A stretch of 64,000 nt of DNA from Bugula neritina (Eukaryota > Animalia > Bryozoa): the NCBI GenBank assembly GCA_964035545.1, contig OZ037770.1:1922001-1986000 (forward strand), written 5' to 3'. The notes below the pieces were generated by a model that was not told where the DNA came from, ran no database searches, and saw only the letters and a list, made by a program, of their open reading frames with translations. A program made the translations under genes and the position numbers. Every line of letters starts with the position of its first letter. The first letter of the stretch is position 1. Of this stretch, positions 52,824-64,000 are shown one piece after another.

Positions 52824-53814
52824 TTTGTCACTGAAGATTGACCACCTTCAATAAAAGTTTGCACTTGGATGATATCCTTTCAACTGAAATGAGAAATATG
52901 TTATAGTAGCATGTTGTTTAGTCTCCACAGAATTTACAGTTAGCAACGACCTGCTTATTATTACAAATTATAAACTTGTAATAAAGAACCAGCTAGGTTC
53001 ACTATAACTCTTCAACGCTGTTTTTAACTGTGAAGCAATCACAGCTAGGATTTGTTATCTCTATTATAAATGCAGTGCAAAAAAATTGTATTCAAATATT
53101 TTAGTGAAAATCCTATAGCCTGTATGTTTTTGTGACTGTAATTAAATGCCAAAAAGTATCAAAAGACTAGTTGTCCTGTAATTAGGTATACAAGCAATGT
53201 GAAGAGGTAATTTTACATTTATATGCATAATTTTGAGTTCCTCGAAAATAGATTAAAATTTTTAGGGATTGCCTATTGACTAAACCAAATACATATGATC
53301 CCAGAGGTAAATGCATGATAACTGAGATATTGAAACTTAGTACATATACATGCGTGAAGGCTCGCACAGACACACATGCACGCACGCATGCACACAATGT
53401 AATTTATAGCATGTCATTCATGAATTTTTTTTACTGTCAAAATTATAATTTGTTGGTAAACATAAAGTAGGAGCACAATTCTGCTGTGGGCTAAGATAGA
53501 CAATTACCCTAGCTGTGAATGGACTGAATAGCAAAATTCCACACTGCTAATTAATGCAACAATTTGAAGCATGCATAACTTTGTCTAGCACAGTTCATAC
53601 AGCAGATAATGATGATATAAATTGTACTGATTGAGTTCCTACCATCACCACAAGTGACTTCTTATTTCAGTGATTAAATTATTATTATTACTTAATGACT
53701 AATTTATAAATAATAAATACATAACTGGTTTATATACTACTATTTTAGCAAATGATGTATTAATACATTTTGTGTCCGCCATCAACTAACTGACCAACGT
53801 CTGAGTGATCAAGA

Positions 53815-54120
53815 TTTGAGGTAAACATATGGCACAGGTTAAATGGCATGTCAAAAATGGCACAAGTAATAATAGTATAAATAGAAAAGTAGGTAACAAA
53901 GGCTCAGTAATGTTAAATTTTGTCAAACACAAACTCCAACTCTTAAACCTCTAACCCAAACCCCCAAACGCCCACTCAAACCCCAATATTGAAAATCAAA
54001 ATGTGCTATTACTACATATTTTTCCGTTTGTTCTATTGGTATTATAGTATTATAATTAGTAACGCATGTGCCATTATTACCTATGTCATTTTTACCTGTC
54101 CGATTTTTACTTATAATCAG
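53815..54120. mobile_element. Degenerate short interspersed element with GGCACAGGT/TGTGCCATT inverted motifs and a TAACCC-like core
   Basis: ATGGCACAGGTTAAATGGCA...AACCC-rich middle...TGTGCCATTATTACCT..TTTTACCTGT. Confidence 0.45.
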
Positions 54121-54155
54121 AATACTATAACAAGAATAATGATTGCAATCTATGA

Positions 54156-54230
54156 CATATCTGGATGTATACAGTATCATAACCAACTATAACTTATAAT
54201 TGGTTATGATACTGTATACATCCAGAGATG
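54156..54230. repeat. 75-bp near-perfect palindrome
   Basis: TCTGGATGTATACAGTATCATAACCAA..TTGGTTATGATACTGTATACATCCAGA centred on 54193. Confidence 0.9.
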
Positions 54231-56875
54231 ATACATCAACAATTTTACAGTACTTATAATATAAGTACTGTACAATTTTTACAATTTTATTACTATACTA
54301 ACACTACTAATAATTCAACTGTGGCTTTAAAATTTAAATCAAAAGTTATACAAGTATATAATTTTACAACACATATATATTGTTATTTCTTTAGTATTAT
54401 AATCATTATGAATATACGAGCTTGTCATCTAAAATTTGAAATATTTGAAATAAAGATTATTTTCAATTATCAGAACAATTAGCAATTAAATTACGACTTA
54501 GTTATTCATCAACATTGTACTAACCTGTAAGAAAACTGCTTCAATGAATAAAATTATTAGGACAATATGATGTACTGCATGAAAAGTTAGATTATCAATG
54601 CCGAATAAATGCAGAAGTTAAAAGTGAGCAGCAGATAGTCTACATTAAAGACATCTGCGGTCAATATGAGCTCAATAACTATCCAGCTGTGTACCAACCT
54701 TAGAATATTGTTCGAAACCTCGTACATAAACTCGAGGAGACAACCCTCATTCAGGCAAATCCTTGTATTCAATGTCATACACAACTCACTTTAATATTTG
54801 TTCACACACCTACCCACCTCTTTTTATTTTACAATTTATGACAAACCTTTGAGCTGAGATGCAATCAGAGCATGATTTTATATTTGAATAAACAAAGCAA
54901 AATTATAAGCTAAAGTAGGGAGTTATAACATGTATGGTCATAACTCCAATATCCTGTTTTGCTCTGCACTATTTGTTGCTCTCTGAGTATAACACACTAT
55001 TTTAAAAGTGGCATCCACTGAAAAAGCACCAATTATTGTGGTTTTTTATCTTTAAAAAAGTTATTGAAACAAGACCTCAAAACCAAAAATAGTTAGTACT
55101 ATAGCTGGTATGAATTAAAATTGGATTTTTGATTTGCATGTTTGAGTTTAGATTATCTCGTAGATGACACTTCATTTCGAGTTATGATAGCATTTTTTGA
55201 TGTTTATCAGCAAAATCTGTTTTCAGACTTATGAGGGTCAAATAAATAATTTCAGCCATATGTTAATCTTACTTTAGGCATGTCACATGCAACACTTGAA
55301 TTAATGAGACCAATTCACATATGTCTACTCATTTAAGTCTCAGGCTACTTAAGAGAAGTATTGTTCACACCTGTTTTACAAGACAAAGACTGCAATCAAC
55401 AAGTTAATAGATATTTCAATTTTTCATAAGTACGTTGTCAATTTATACTTGATGATGTGCCTGGTTGAGGTGATAAATTGCACTATGTTACTGTTATTAT
55501 TCTGGCTCTTTCTTTGTGTGAGAAGTTTGTATTGATCAAACAGTTTAACAGTTTAGCTTATAAACACTGTACAACCCTGAGAATGCAGTTGAAGTAAAAA
55601 GTTGCATTTAGCAGTGAAAGCAAATTGCTGGGAATTTGGTTTATCAAAATATCCAATGAGCTGCAGCAGTAGCAAGTGTTTAATAGTGTCAAAGTTCCAT
55701 TTATAGAAGAGCAGTATATAATAATTTGAAAATGTGCAAATTTATGGCTCCATTAACTCATGACTCACGCAATCTCATAAGAATTTCATATTGTGCAATG
55801 TATAGCAATCAATGAGGAGATATAGGTACAGCAATGGAGAAACTGAGAAGAGCCTGCACGTTCTAGATTAGAGATGTAGCAAAAGAAGCTATATGCACGC
55901 GCAAAAAAATTAACTCGTGCCCCAAACCAAAATCTATAAAGAAATTTATTGATCTTTGGCTACCTTACTTTTTCCACTACTGCACTTATATAAACTGTCA
56001 CATAGTGCAGTTAAAACAATTAGAATATGAATTTAACATACATGTTATAGGTTACAGTTAGTCTTTTCAAAGTACTAACTGTTATTATCAAACCTAATGA
56101 CATGCCAGTTTTTGATGAAAAATTGTAATAGTCAAGTGATTATTGAATATTTAAAATGTTAATGATATATTATGTATTATTTATATTAAAATGAAAGACA
56201 GTATTGAAGTATGCTGTTATATAGACATAAGACATCCGATATTTATTAGCGATTATTAACTTCACTACAAATAATATTTCACAAAAGCTAATTGTCACGC
56301 GTAAACAGCAATAAATTTTAAAGCCCCAAGAAAAATGAATAATCGTTATTAGATAAAACAGGTATAAGTTCTGATTTAATTATTACACACTTGAAATATT
56401 ATATAGATGCATGTGATAAAGTATAAACTACTGACAACACATGCCAAATGAGTTGTATTATACATGCTAGAAAGTATACGCTTGACGAAATATAACGCAC
56501 TCTTGAGTACAGTTGTGATACACACTATACAAAGTTTATACTTGGCTCTAAGTATAGCTTAAAAGTTATAATATGCTAATATACCAAGTGAAAAAATACT
56601 CCTAAGTGAAAACATATCAACAGGAAAAAAAGTATGGGAGTTAGGATTAAACACACAAAAGCACCGTAGACAACATTGAGGCGGTATATAAGAGATTGGT
56701 GCCCTGTTATTAAGGTTTCTCTAAATAAAAATGAATACATAATATCCTTTAGAAATTATGAGTCTTTGAATTATAGACAACAGATGAAATTCAAACTCAA
56801 TGTTTGACAACTAAAACCTGTTAGTTCGAGAAAAGGCTAAGAAAGGCCACTTTCGTCAATATTATAGACACCTGT

Positions 56876-57200
56876 CAGTCAAACCACGATTCTTCTAACA
56901 AAAAGAGACACTACAAAAGTTAGTGAAATAAAAGTAAAATCTTGAGCTTCAGGAACATCCATTCTAATCTAAAAAAGCAGAAACATGTACTTTACTAGGT
57001 TCATAATTCCATGGGGAGAAAACTTATTGTCGTTTTACTTTCAAGAAATATTATTTACCTAAAAGACGGTTAGGTGACCCGACAATACAGGAAGCAGTCT
57101 CAAGGATGTCTGGAGATAATTCCGAATTCTGAGCATTAATAATATCAGCAGATGATAAATCAGGTTTTCGAGTCGGAGGTTCAACTGAAGATATTATATG
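56876..57200 (-). pseudogene. Decayed former C-terminal coding region of protein B
   Basis: After the stop: ...ELSPDILETASCIVGSPNRLLGK*YFLK.. matches A's KISSDLIETAFCIVKSPNSLLGKEFIWK; later frameshifts; ends NRGFD* versus NAYFE*. Confidence 0.8.
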
Positions 57201-59606
57201 CTATGGCTGCTTCTGCAATTTATCCAACAGTCGGCTACATATCTGTTGCTGAACATCATGGCTATAACTCTTAGATGATTCTAAAACACTTTTAGACTTT
57301 TTAATTACGCTATAGATACTTGAGTCTGAAAGGTTCTCAACCCAATCAAATGTTTTGTTAGTAGTATAACCTATTTTAGCAGCATTGTATGCGTCAGTAG
57401 CAACATTGCTTCTTCTAAATAGAAAATCGGCATATCCCAACACACTTTCTGATACCATATCATCTACAGGAGCATTGGTACCGAGTACGACACGCTCAGG
57501 AGGCATATGATATAAATCTCCTCCTTGCAGATACTGAACTAATTGTCGCTCCATCACAGCTTGAAATGCTTTGGCTGTCCTTGTTACTAGCTGCAACTCT
57601 AAATCAGTTGGAGGAAATGCTTGGAGATGCTTTGCGACTGGATCATCTGAGCATCCGTCAACCTCAAAACTAGTAAAACCTTCTTGCCATAACAAACTGG
57701 GCTTTTCCACCACTTGCAAAAGGGTCTTGTGGGCATTGTCTAGTATTTTTGCACTATCCAAGTTTGACAATGAGGCTTTCTTGTACAAACACTTCATCCA
57801 TGGTCTAGATACACTTTTACCAAACAAGCCGCCAACACGCAATTCACTTTGCACTACACCAAGTTGAAGAGAAGACAGCACTATTTTTGCAGCTGGTTTT
57901 TTACAGACATTGGTAAAGTACTCCAGAAGTACTTCCAGTAAATAGTAGATGTTGCCACACAGAGAGAATATAACGTGAAACCTGTTGCCCACATATCGCT
58001 CAAGTAAATTGGTGTCGACACCTTTACTAAGTAAAAATGCTTTCAGTTGTTTTGGTTCACCAGAAGAAACTTTGTATTTCATTTTTGAGATAGCTTGGAT
58101 AACTTTGATCAGGACTGATTCATTGCCTGGTAAATTAGAGGTCACTTGGTTTTCTAATTCGAAAATCTTTGTTAGTTTTCTGAAAGCTATTGCTAAACTG
58201 TCTAAAGGATGAATATTGCAATTCAATTCGAGTAACTCGTGACCTACATATTTCTCTAATTCCTTTACTACGCAGTGATTAACTGCTGCCCGATCACTCA
58301 TAGTTGAAGTAATTTTTGCTTGAACCTCACTCAAAGTTTGATATGGATCATAACCTGGGTTCAATGTACAATAACAGATAACGGCATTTTCCAGAGCACA
58401 GGTTATGTGACTAACATAGTCCGTAGCTTTAGCTCCAGGCAAAGACACAACATCAAGAACATAGTGACCTATATCTGTGTTTACGTGGACTTCATTTATG
58501 TGTTTTGTTTTCACAGTCGTGGCATCCCAAGCAATGTTCACAAATGATGCTTTAAGAATAGCTTCAACAGCTTGGGCAGTTGATAAAGTTCTCATTTCAG
58601 ATATCATACTTTTCACTGCATACGTGCTTGGTAAGCGCTCAAGCTCTACTTTGAATATTATTTGTGAGATATATCTTATTACATCTGAAATGTTGTTTGA
58701 AGGTACATGCTTGTGAGCGCAGTAGTAAACGACTTTACGTATGTCTGCCTGATATTTGCCGCCATCTTTTGTTCGAGGTTTCTGGCTCTTTTGGTTCCGA
58801 ACTAACTTTATTATGTTTTGAAAATTTTGAATTTTTGCACTGTTGGCATTTAGTTCTTCTCTGAGTTGAAGAGATACTTTGCTAAGATCCAAAACTTGAT
58901 TTTCATATGTTTCTGTGATTGCTTTTAAATCTTCAGCACGCTCCTCGATCTTTCGATTTTTATAATTTTTCAGACGAGTGTTGAGACTTTTAAGCTTTAT
59001 CAAATGCAGTCTATGTTGTTCCTCGCGAATTTTTTTTCTACACCATCTTTTTCTATGCTTTTCTACAATTTTATATCTTTTTTGTAGTTTTAATGTCATC
59101 ATTTTTAAGTGCAACTCAAGTTTCACATTTTCATTTTTCAATTTACTAGATTGTTTCGAGTTATTGTCACAAAGCAGATGCAGTGAAAATATTTTTCTTA
59201 GTTTAACTTCATTCGAAGAAGGTTTTTCTGGTGAATTGACATCTTCAACTAAAAGCCGATTTTCTGTTTGCTTTTCTAGGTGAGTCACTAATGGTGAATC
59301 TAGAGACTCTTCTGAACTAATGCTAATTAGTTTCTGATCTAAATAAGTTAAAAGCTTTGTTCTACCATTTCGATTTTTGTTAAGTTTGTCAAAGGTTCTC
59401 TTGATCTCATCAATAGATGTACTGTCGATTTGGCTACTAAATTTTTCTGGAAGATAATTCATGATCAAAGTTATTTTATTTCTTTGAGAGGAAGGAAACT
59501 GGCGATTTATTAATATTATGTGACCATATTTTATACATGTAGCTTCCTCCAATGCTGCCCGGGAGACATTGAAAGTATTTAACTTCTGTTTCAGTTCCAA
59601 ACTCAT
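57201..59606 (-). CDS. hAT-like DDE transposase-derived protein B (801 aa), paralog of A, C-terminally truncated
   Basis: Same D/D/CxxH/E motifs; core nearly identical to A, N-terminus diverged. Confidence 0.8.
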   Translation of the reverse strand: MSLELKQKLNTFNVSRAALEEATCIKYGHIILINRQFPSSQRNKITLIMNYLPEKFSSQIDSTSIDEIKRTFDKLNKNRNGRTKLLTYLDQKLISISSEESLDSPLVTHLEKQTENRLLVEDVNSPEKPSSNEVKLRKIFSLHLLCDNNSKQSSKLKNENVKLELHLKMMTLKLQKRYKIVEKHRKRWCRKKIREEQHRLHLIKLKSLNTRLKNYKNRKIEERAEDLKAITETYENQVLDLSKVSLQLREELNANSAKIQNFQNIIKLVRNQKSQKPRTKDGGKYQADIRKVVYYCAHKHVPSNNISDVIRYISQIIFKVELERLPSTYAVKSMISEMRTLSTAQAVEAILKASFVNIAWDATTVKTKHINEVHVNTDIGHYVLDVVSLPGAKATDYVSHITCALENAVICYCTLNPGYDPYQTLSEVQAKITSTMSDRAAVNHCVVKELEKYVGHELLELNCNIHPLDSLAIAFRKLTKIFELENQVTSNLPGNESVLIKVIQAISKMKYKVSSGEPKQLKAFLLSKGVDTNLLERYVGNRFHVIFSLCGNIYYLLEVLLEYFTNVCKKPAAKIVLSSLQLGVVQSELRVGGLFGKSVSRPWMKCLYKKASLSNLDSAKILDNAHKTLLQVVEKPSLLWQEGFTSFEVDGCSDDPVAKHLQAFPPTDLELQLVTRTAKAFQAVMERQLVQYLQGGDLYHMPPERVVLGTNAPVDDMVSESVLGYADFLFRRSNVATDAYNAAKIGYTTNKTFDWVENLSDSSIYSVIKKSKSVLESSKSYSHDVQQQICSRLLDKLQKQP

Positions 59607-61440
59607 TTCATCCCATCAGATTGATCACTTTCAATAAAGGTTTTTACTCAGATCTTATTTTTCAACTAAAAATGAGAAAGTTGGTACATTAGGTGTACTC
59701 AATATCCTTTTCAAATAATATTTAAAGAACTAACCTAAGGCTATTTGTGCTCTATATTCACAGTTTGAATGTTTGAATGCTGTAGCCTACACTGTCAACA
59801 GTGGTCAAAAATGTTGAAACATGTACAATTAATATAAAGTTGCAAACTATTTGAGCTCTGGGAATAAATATGTAATTAAAACAATTAAACATTTTGAGCT
59901 CTGAAGATAAATAAAATAATATTATATATAATATATATGCACTTCTAATAGCTATAGTATAATTTTGCTTTCTGTATTGAGTGCAGCAGCTGCATGCATG
60001 TTTAAAAAAAGCAAAACTGTACTGTAGGCTATGATCACACTGTAAGTAGAATTAAATAGTGAAGTACACATTGCTAATGTAACATTTTGTAGTCATATTA
60101 ATGGCAAATAATGATCTGACTCATTATAATAATAACTGTGCTGTCTAAACACCTATATACCATCACAGCAATTTATCTAGTACTATATAAGATTATAGGT
60201 TCACAGCTATTTTATTGACTGATCACTACATATAATCGAGATTGAATGAATAATACACTTCAGTGATTTAACTATTTACATTCATTTTGGTGATTAAGTT
60301 AATATTTTTACAGTAACAGGGTTACTGGTAATACAACTTCCTTCATATTATGACTTCTAACACAATGATGTATTTTATAGATATCAACATACTACTGCAC
60401 AGTTCCTACGACCTTCAAAGTTATTACATAACATTATCAAAAACACTATTTCATGTTAATTTAATATTTTATAAATAGAGGGATATAATCATGATAATAT
60501 GAAGGTCATACACTCTCTCCTTTCTTTCATTCGTAGCATAGATGTAACCCCTTAAAACAGATTTGGATGAAGCAAAATAACTTGAATTCATTTTACAATA
60601 ATTTTCTTATAGCCGAATATACATACAAACAATCTATGGAGTATCAGAATAAATATGATCATAATTTGACATCTGCGGATGCATTACTTATATTTATATA
60701 CTTTTTAATTATTACACACTAAAATATAACTACTACTGCCATAGCTTAAATTCTAAATTTAAATCAAAAAATTACTGGCATATTTTAATATCATTATATG
60801 GTGAGTATCATTATGATTAAAGGCCTAAGCGTGTCATATAAATTATAATATTAATATATCCAAATCTTTTCCATGACAGAATGAAGCAAAGATTTAATAA
60901 TTTTAATTTTTTGTTAGCAGTTAATGTTAGTTTTGTTCAAAAAATTATATTTATTTTAATAAATAAACTGGCTGTACTAACCTGTAATGATGAAATAATA
61001 AAATACTCATGATGAGACTAGATTAGATTATGATAATCAGTATAAAATTGTTTTTGAGTGCTATTGCTCCAAATAACTTCTTCTGCAGCGAAGGAGAAGT
61101 ATTGTGGTGGTTCGTGGAACTACCAGCAGCACAACATGTAGGGTCGCGTAATTGACCCGGAACAATGGATAGCCAATTAGCGTAGTTGATAGTTAGCAGC
61201 AATTTTAGTTTCCCGCCGCTAACTCAGTCGAAGCTAGAGTGTGAAATAGATTAGATGTGTAACTTGTTTGAAATAATGTATCGTGTTTTTTAGAATGTAT
61301 AGTTGCGTATAAAATATACTCGTTCACTCGACTTAGCCTGGTGCAGTTCTATAATAGATAAATAGACTCTCTGGATAGCACATCAACCCTAAATCTGACA
61401 ATTATAACAGTGGTGGCAGCGGTGGGATAGTGCATCCAAG

Positions 61441-62400
61441 ATGGAGACTGAAAATGCTGGAACTCAACCACCGGCAATCGAAGGTGAGCGTAGAGACAAT
61501 GCTGTAGAGACAATGCCTGTTAACCATGTAGTAGAAGAGCGAAGGGTTCCACGAGAACTAGCTGAATACCACTACAGGTTAAAGGCGCCCACCTTCACGG
61601 GTGAAGAGGAGGTGGAACAATTCATCCAAGAGTTTAGCGACGTAATGGACGTCGCTCAGTGGCCCCCTAGGGTGGCCCTGCTGAAGCTTAGAATGGCATT
61701 GATGGACAAAGCCAAGCCCTATGGGCTGGGCGTAGACATTGATAATATCCTTGCTTCTCTGCGGGCCCGCTTTGGCCTCTCGGCTACAGATGCCAGGGCC
61801 CGATTACAGAGGTTGCGGCGTGATCCCCGCACCCCGCTGCGGGAGCATGCCGCCGCGGTCATGAAGCTGGCACAGATCGCGTACAGCGACTTGCCCCCAG
61901 TCAACCGTGAGAGGTACACCCTCGACGCTTTCATAGCATCTGTCGACGATCTGGGTCTCCACCACCAGTTTCTAGCTAGGGGAGTCACCACCGTTGAAGA
62001 TGCTCTGACTGAGGGGGAAGCTTACCTCCTAGCTAACCAAATGCATAAAAGTCGCGGAAGCTCCCGCCAAGTGGAGATAGACCGCGCAGACACGGCCGCG
62101 GGACAAGGGGAGGAAACCCCCGCCGCGGCTGCCGTGTCCCAGTTGGCGACGGCATCAAAAGTCACTCAACTGACGGACATGCTAGCCAAGCTGATAGCAA
62201 CACTGACACCACAAAACCCAGTGAGTACCGCCCCTGAGCCCATGCGGCCATCGGCGCCGCCACAGGGAGAAACAGTCAGTTTTTGCTGGGAGTGCGGAAA
62301 TCAAGGACATTTCCGCCGATATTGTCCCTTCCTAAATCAGGGGTTAAACTACCGCGGCCCGCAGATGTTCCCACCTTCCGCGGGCCGACGAAACCTCTAG
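61441..62400 (+). CDS. gag: Gypsy Gag with CCHC zinc knuckle
   Basis: 319 aa; CWECGNQGHFRRYC; similar to the gag remnant at 17861. Confidence 0.92.
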   Translation: METENAGTQPPAIEGERRDNAVETMPVNHVVEERRVPRELAEYHYRLKAPTFTGEEEVEQFIQEFSDVMDVAQWPPRVALLKLRMALMDKAKPYGLGVDIDNILASLRARFGLSATDARARLQRLRRDPRTPLREHAAAVMKLAQIAYSDLPPVNRERYTLDAFIASVDDLGLHHQFLARGVTTVEDALTEGEAYLLANQMHKSRGSSRQVEIDRADTAAGQGEETPAAAAVSQLATASKVTQLTDMLAKLIATLTPQNPVSTAPEPMRPSAPPQGETVSFCWECGNQGHFRRYCPFLNQGLNYRGPQMFPPSAGRRNL

Positions 62401-62404
62401 GGAA
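62343..62404 (+). promoter_or_regulatory. -1 ribosomal frameshift signal (G_UUA_AAC plus stem-loop/pseudoknot)
   Basis: GTTAAAC 62343-49, 5-nt spacer, stem CGGCCCGC(62355-62)/GCGGGCCG(62380-87); loop TTCCC can pair with GGGAA(62400-04). Confidence 0.75.
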
Positions 62405-64000
62405 GAAGAAACGCAGGTCACCCAGACGGGTACCGCGTACTGGCAACCAACAGTGGCAACAGCCACGACGGACCAGCAAGGGGCTTCGCCCCGCGGCTGC
62501 CTTTTCTATGCCCCTTCACAACAGATTCACAGGGCTACAAGTCCAAGAATCTGGATGGGAGCACACAAAGGTAGCTGAGAATCTAGCCTCGGCACCCCCG
62601 AGGCCTGCCTATCACCGCCCCAAGAAACCTCCTTCGCGACCCAAAGCGAGGGGGGTACTCCCTGCGAGAGTAAGGCCTGAAGGGAGAGTTCAGGTGCAGC
62701 CCCATGGGAACAGCTATTTCTTGCCCGGCAAACTGGAAGGCAAAGCTGTTACTTTTCTCATTGATTCGGGCTGTACCACAAACCTCTTAAGCCGCCAACT
62801 CTTCGACACCCTCAGTGCTAGGGTCAGGGGCGAGATGGAAGCATACGAAGGGGAATACGGCACCCTAGCTGACGGGTCATGCCTTCCCTTCTATGGTATA
62901 ATTGAGCTGACGGGACGAGTCCGTGATCAAACGATCCAAGAGACGTTTATCGTCAGTCAGCTCAAGGAGGATGCTATCCTCGGGATGCCGTTCCTTAAAC
63001 GGCACGGATGTCACATAGATTTTAGCAGATCTGCAATGATGATGTCCGGGCGGGAACTCGCCTGCGTCGACAAGTTTGGCTGCCCTTTAGTGGGAGGTGT
63101 GCAAGTGGTACGCAACCGTACCATACCAGGCCGCTCCCGGGCTACCATTCACTGCAGGGTGAATAGTAGCCGGATCTCTGGACTCGGGGTGGTTGAAGGC
63201 GCGCACGAAAAGATCCAACTTGCCAGCAGTCTGAATCAGCTGACTGAGCAAGGGGAGATCTTAGTGCAGTGCGTCAACCCCTTTACCGAGCCTATCAAGC
63301 TCCCGGCTGGGTCGATGCTGGGCCGTTTTCACTCTGTTCAAGAGGGAGACGTAGGCCCGTCGCTGGGTGATGCGACAGAGGCACTCCCTCGACACCCTAT
63401 TCAGGGACGAGGGGCAGTCCCAACACATCTCCGGGAGTTATACGAAACAGCCAGTGGCGGCTGCGCGAGTAACAAAGAACGCCAAGCTATGGCCAAGTTA
63501 CTACGCGACTACGGTGATGTGTTCAGCAGCGGAGAGAATGACGTGGGACTGACTGGAATTGTCAGCCACGAAATACCGCTGACTGCAGGGACAGTCCCTG
63601 TCCGGCAGCCCACACGCAGGCTGGGGCCGGAGAAAGAGAAGGAGGTTAGCCGACAAGTACGGGATCTTCTGGACCGGGGACTGATAGAGCCCGCCCATAG
63701 TGCGTGGAGCTCGCCAGTCGTACTGGTCCGGAAGAAAGACGGCAGTTGGCGGTTCTGTGTGGACTACCGCAAACTCAATAGCGTAACCATACAGGACGCC
63801 TACCCTCTACCTCGTATTGACGAGTCATTGGACGCCCTAGCCGGCAGCAAGTACTTCAGTACGTTAGACTTGCTAAGCGGCTATTGGCAGGTTCCTCTGA
63901 GTCCCGACGCCCAAGAGAAAGCGGCGTTTATCACACGGGACGGTTTGTGGAAGTGGAAGGTGCTGCCCTTCGGGTTAACCTCCGCCCCAGCCACCTTCCA
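62349..64000 (+). CDS. pol: Gypsy Pol (protease, RT N-half; partial), in the -1 frame relative to gag
   Basis: FLIDSGCTTN (aspartic protease), DAILGMPFL, WSSPVVLVRKKDGSWRFCVDYRKLN, LDLLSGYWQ, PFGLTSAPATF; the frame appears open to the window end. Confidence 0.93.

Larger units (their letters stand above)
61103..64000 (+). mobile_element. Gypsy/Ty3 LTR retrotransposon, apparently intact, running off the window
   Basis: 5' LTR 61103-61409 (TG..CA), PBS TGGTGGCAGCGGTGGGAT 61411-61428, gag, pol. Confidence 0.95.

Noticed and set aside
50821-58716. Plus-strand ORFs conserved in both transposase paralogs
   Set aside because: Antisense shadows of highly similar coding sequence

Overview
AT-rich eukaryotic (invertebrate animal) genomic DNA with GT-AG introns. 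1-19.7 kb is a stack of nested transposable elements: decayed Gypsy/Ty3 pol, an RTE LINE 3' fragment, an ISL2EU/Harbinger element with a nested Kolobok-type MITE, a two-LTR deletion-derivative Gypsy, four copies of a CACAGG-terminal 2-bp-TSD MITE, and solo LTRs. 20-48.5 kb holds four reconstructable host genes: D-glucuronyl C5-epimerase GLCE (-), PPIL6 (+), PEX14 (-) and a short DFFA/ICAD (+), plus an orphan Ser-rich ORF. 50-61 kb holds two tandem paralogous hAT-like DDE transposase ORFs that share a 5'-UTR intron and look domesticated. 61.1 kb to the end is an intact-looking Gypsy (LTR, tRNA-Leu PBS, gag, -1 frameshift signal, PR-RT). Top leads: (1) a histone-H3-like fold ORF (SAVMxLQExSEAxL) carried antisense inside a Gypsy element; (2) three symmetric phase-1 polybasic micro-exons in the GLCE stem; (3) the tandem transposase-derived gene pair; (4) tandem repeats repeatedly anchored on 5' splice donors. 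All calls were made by eye, with no database searches; exon boundaries are predictions.
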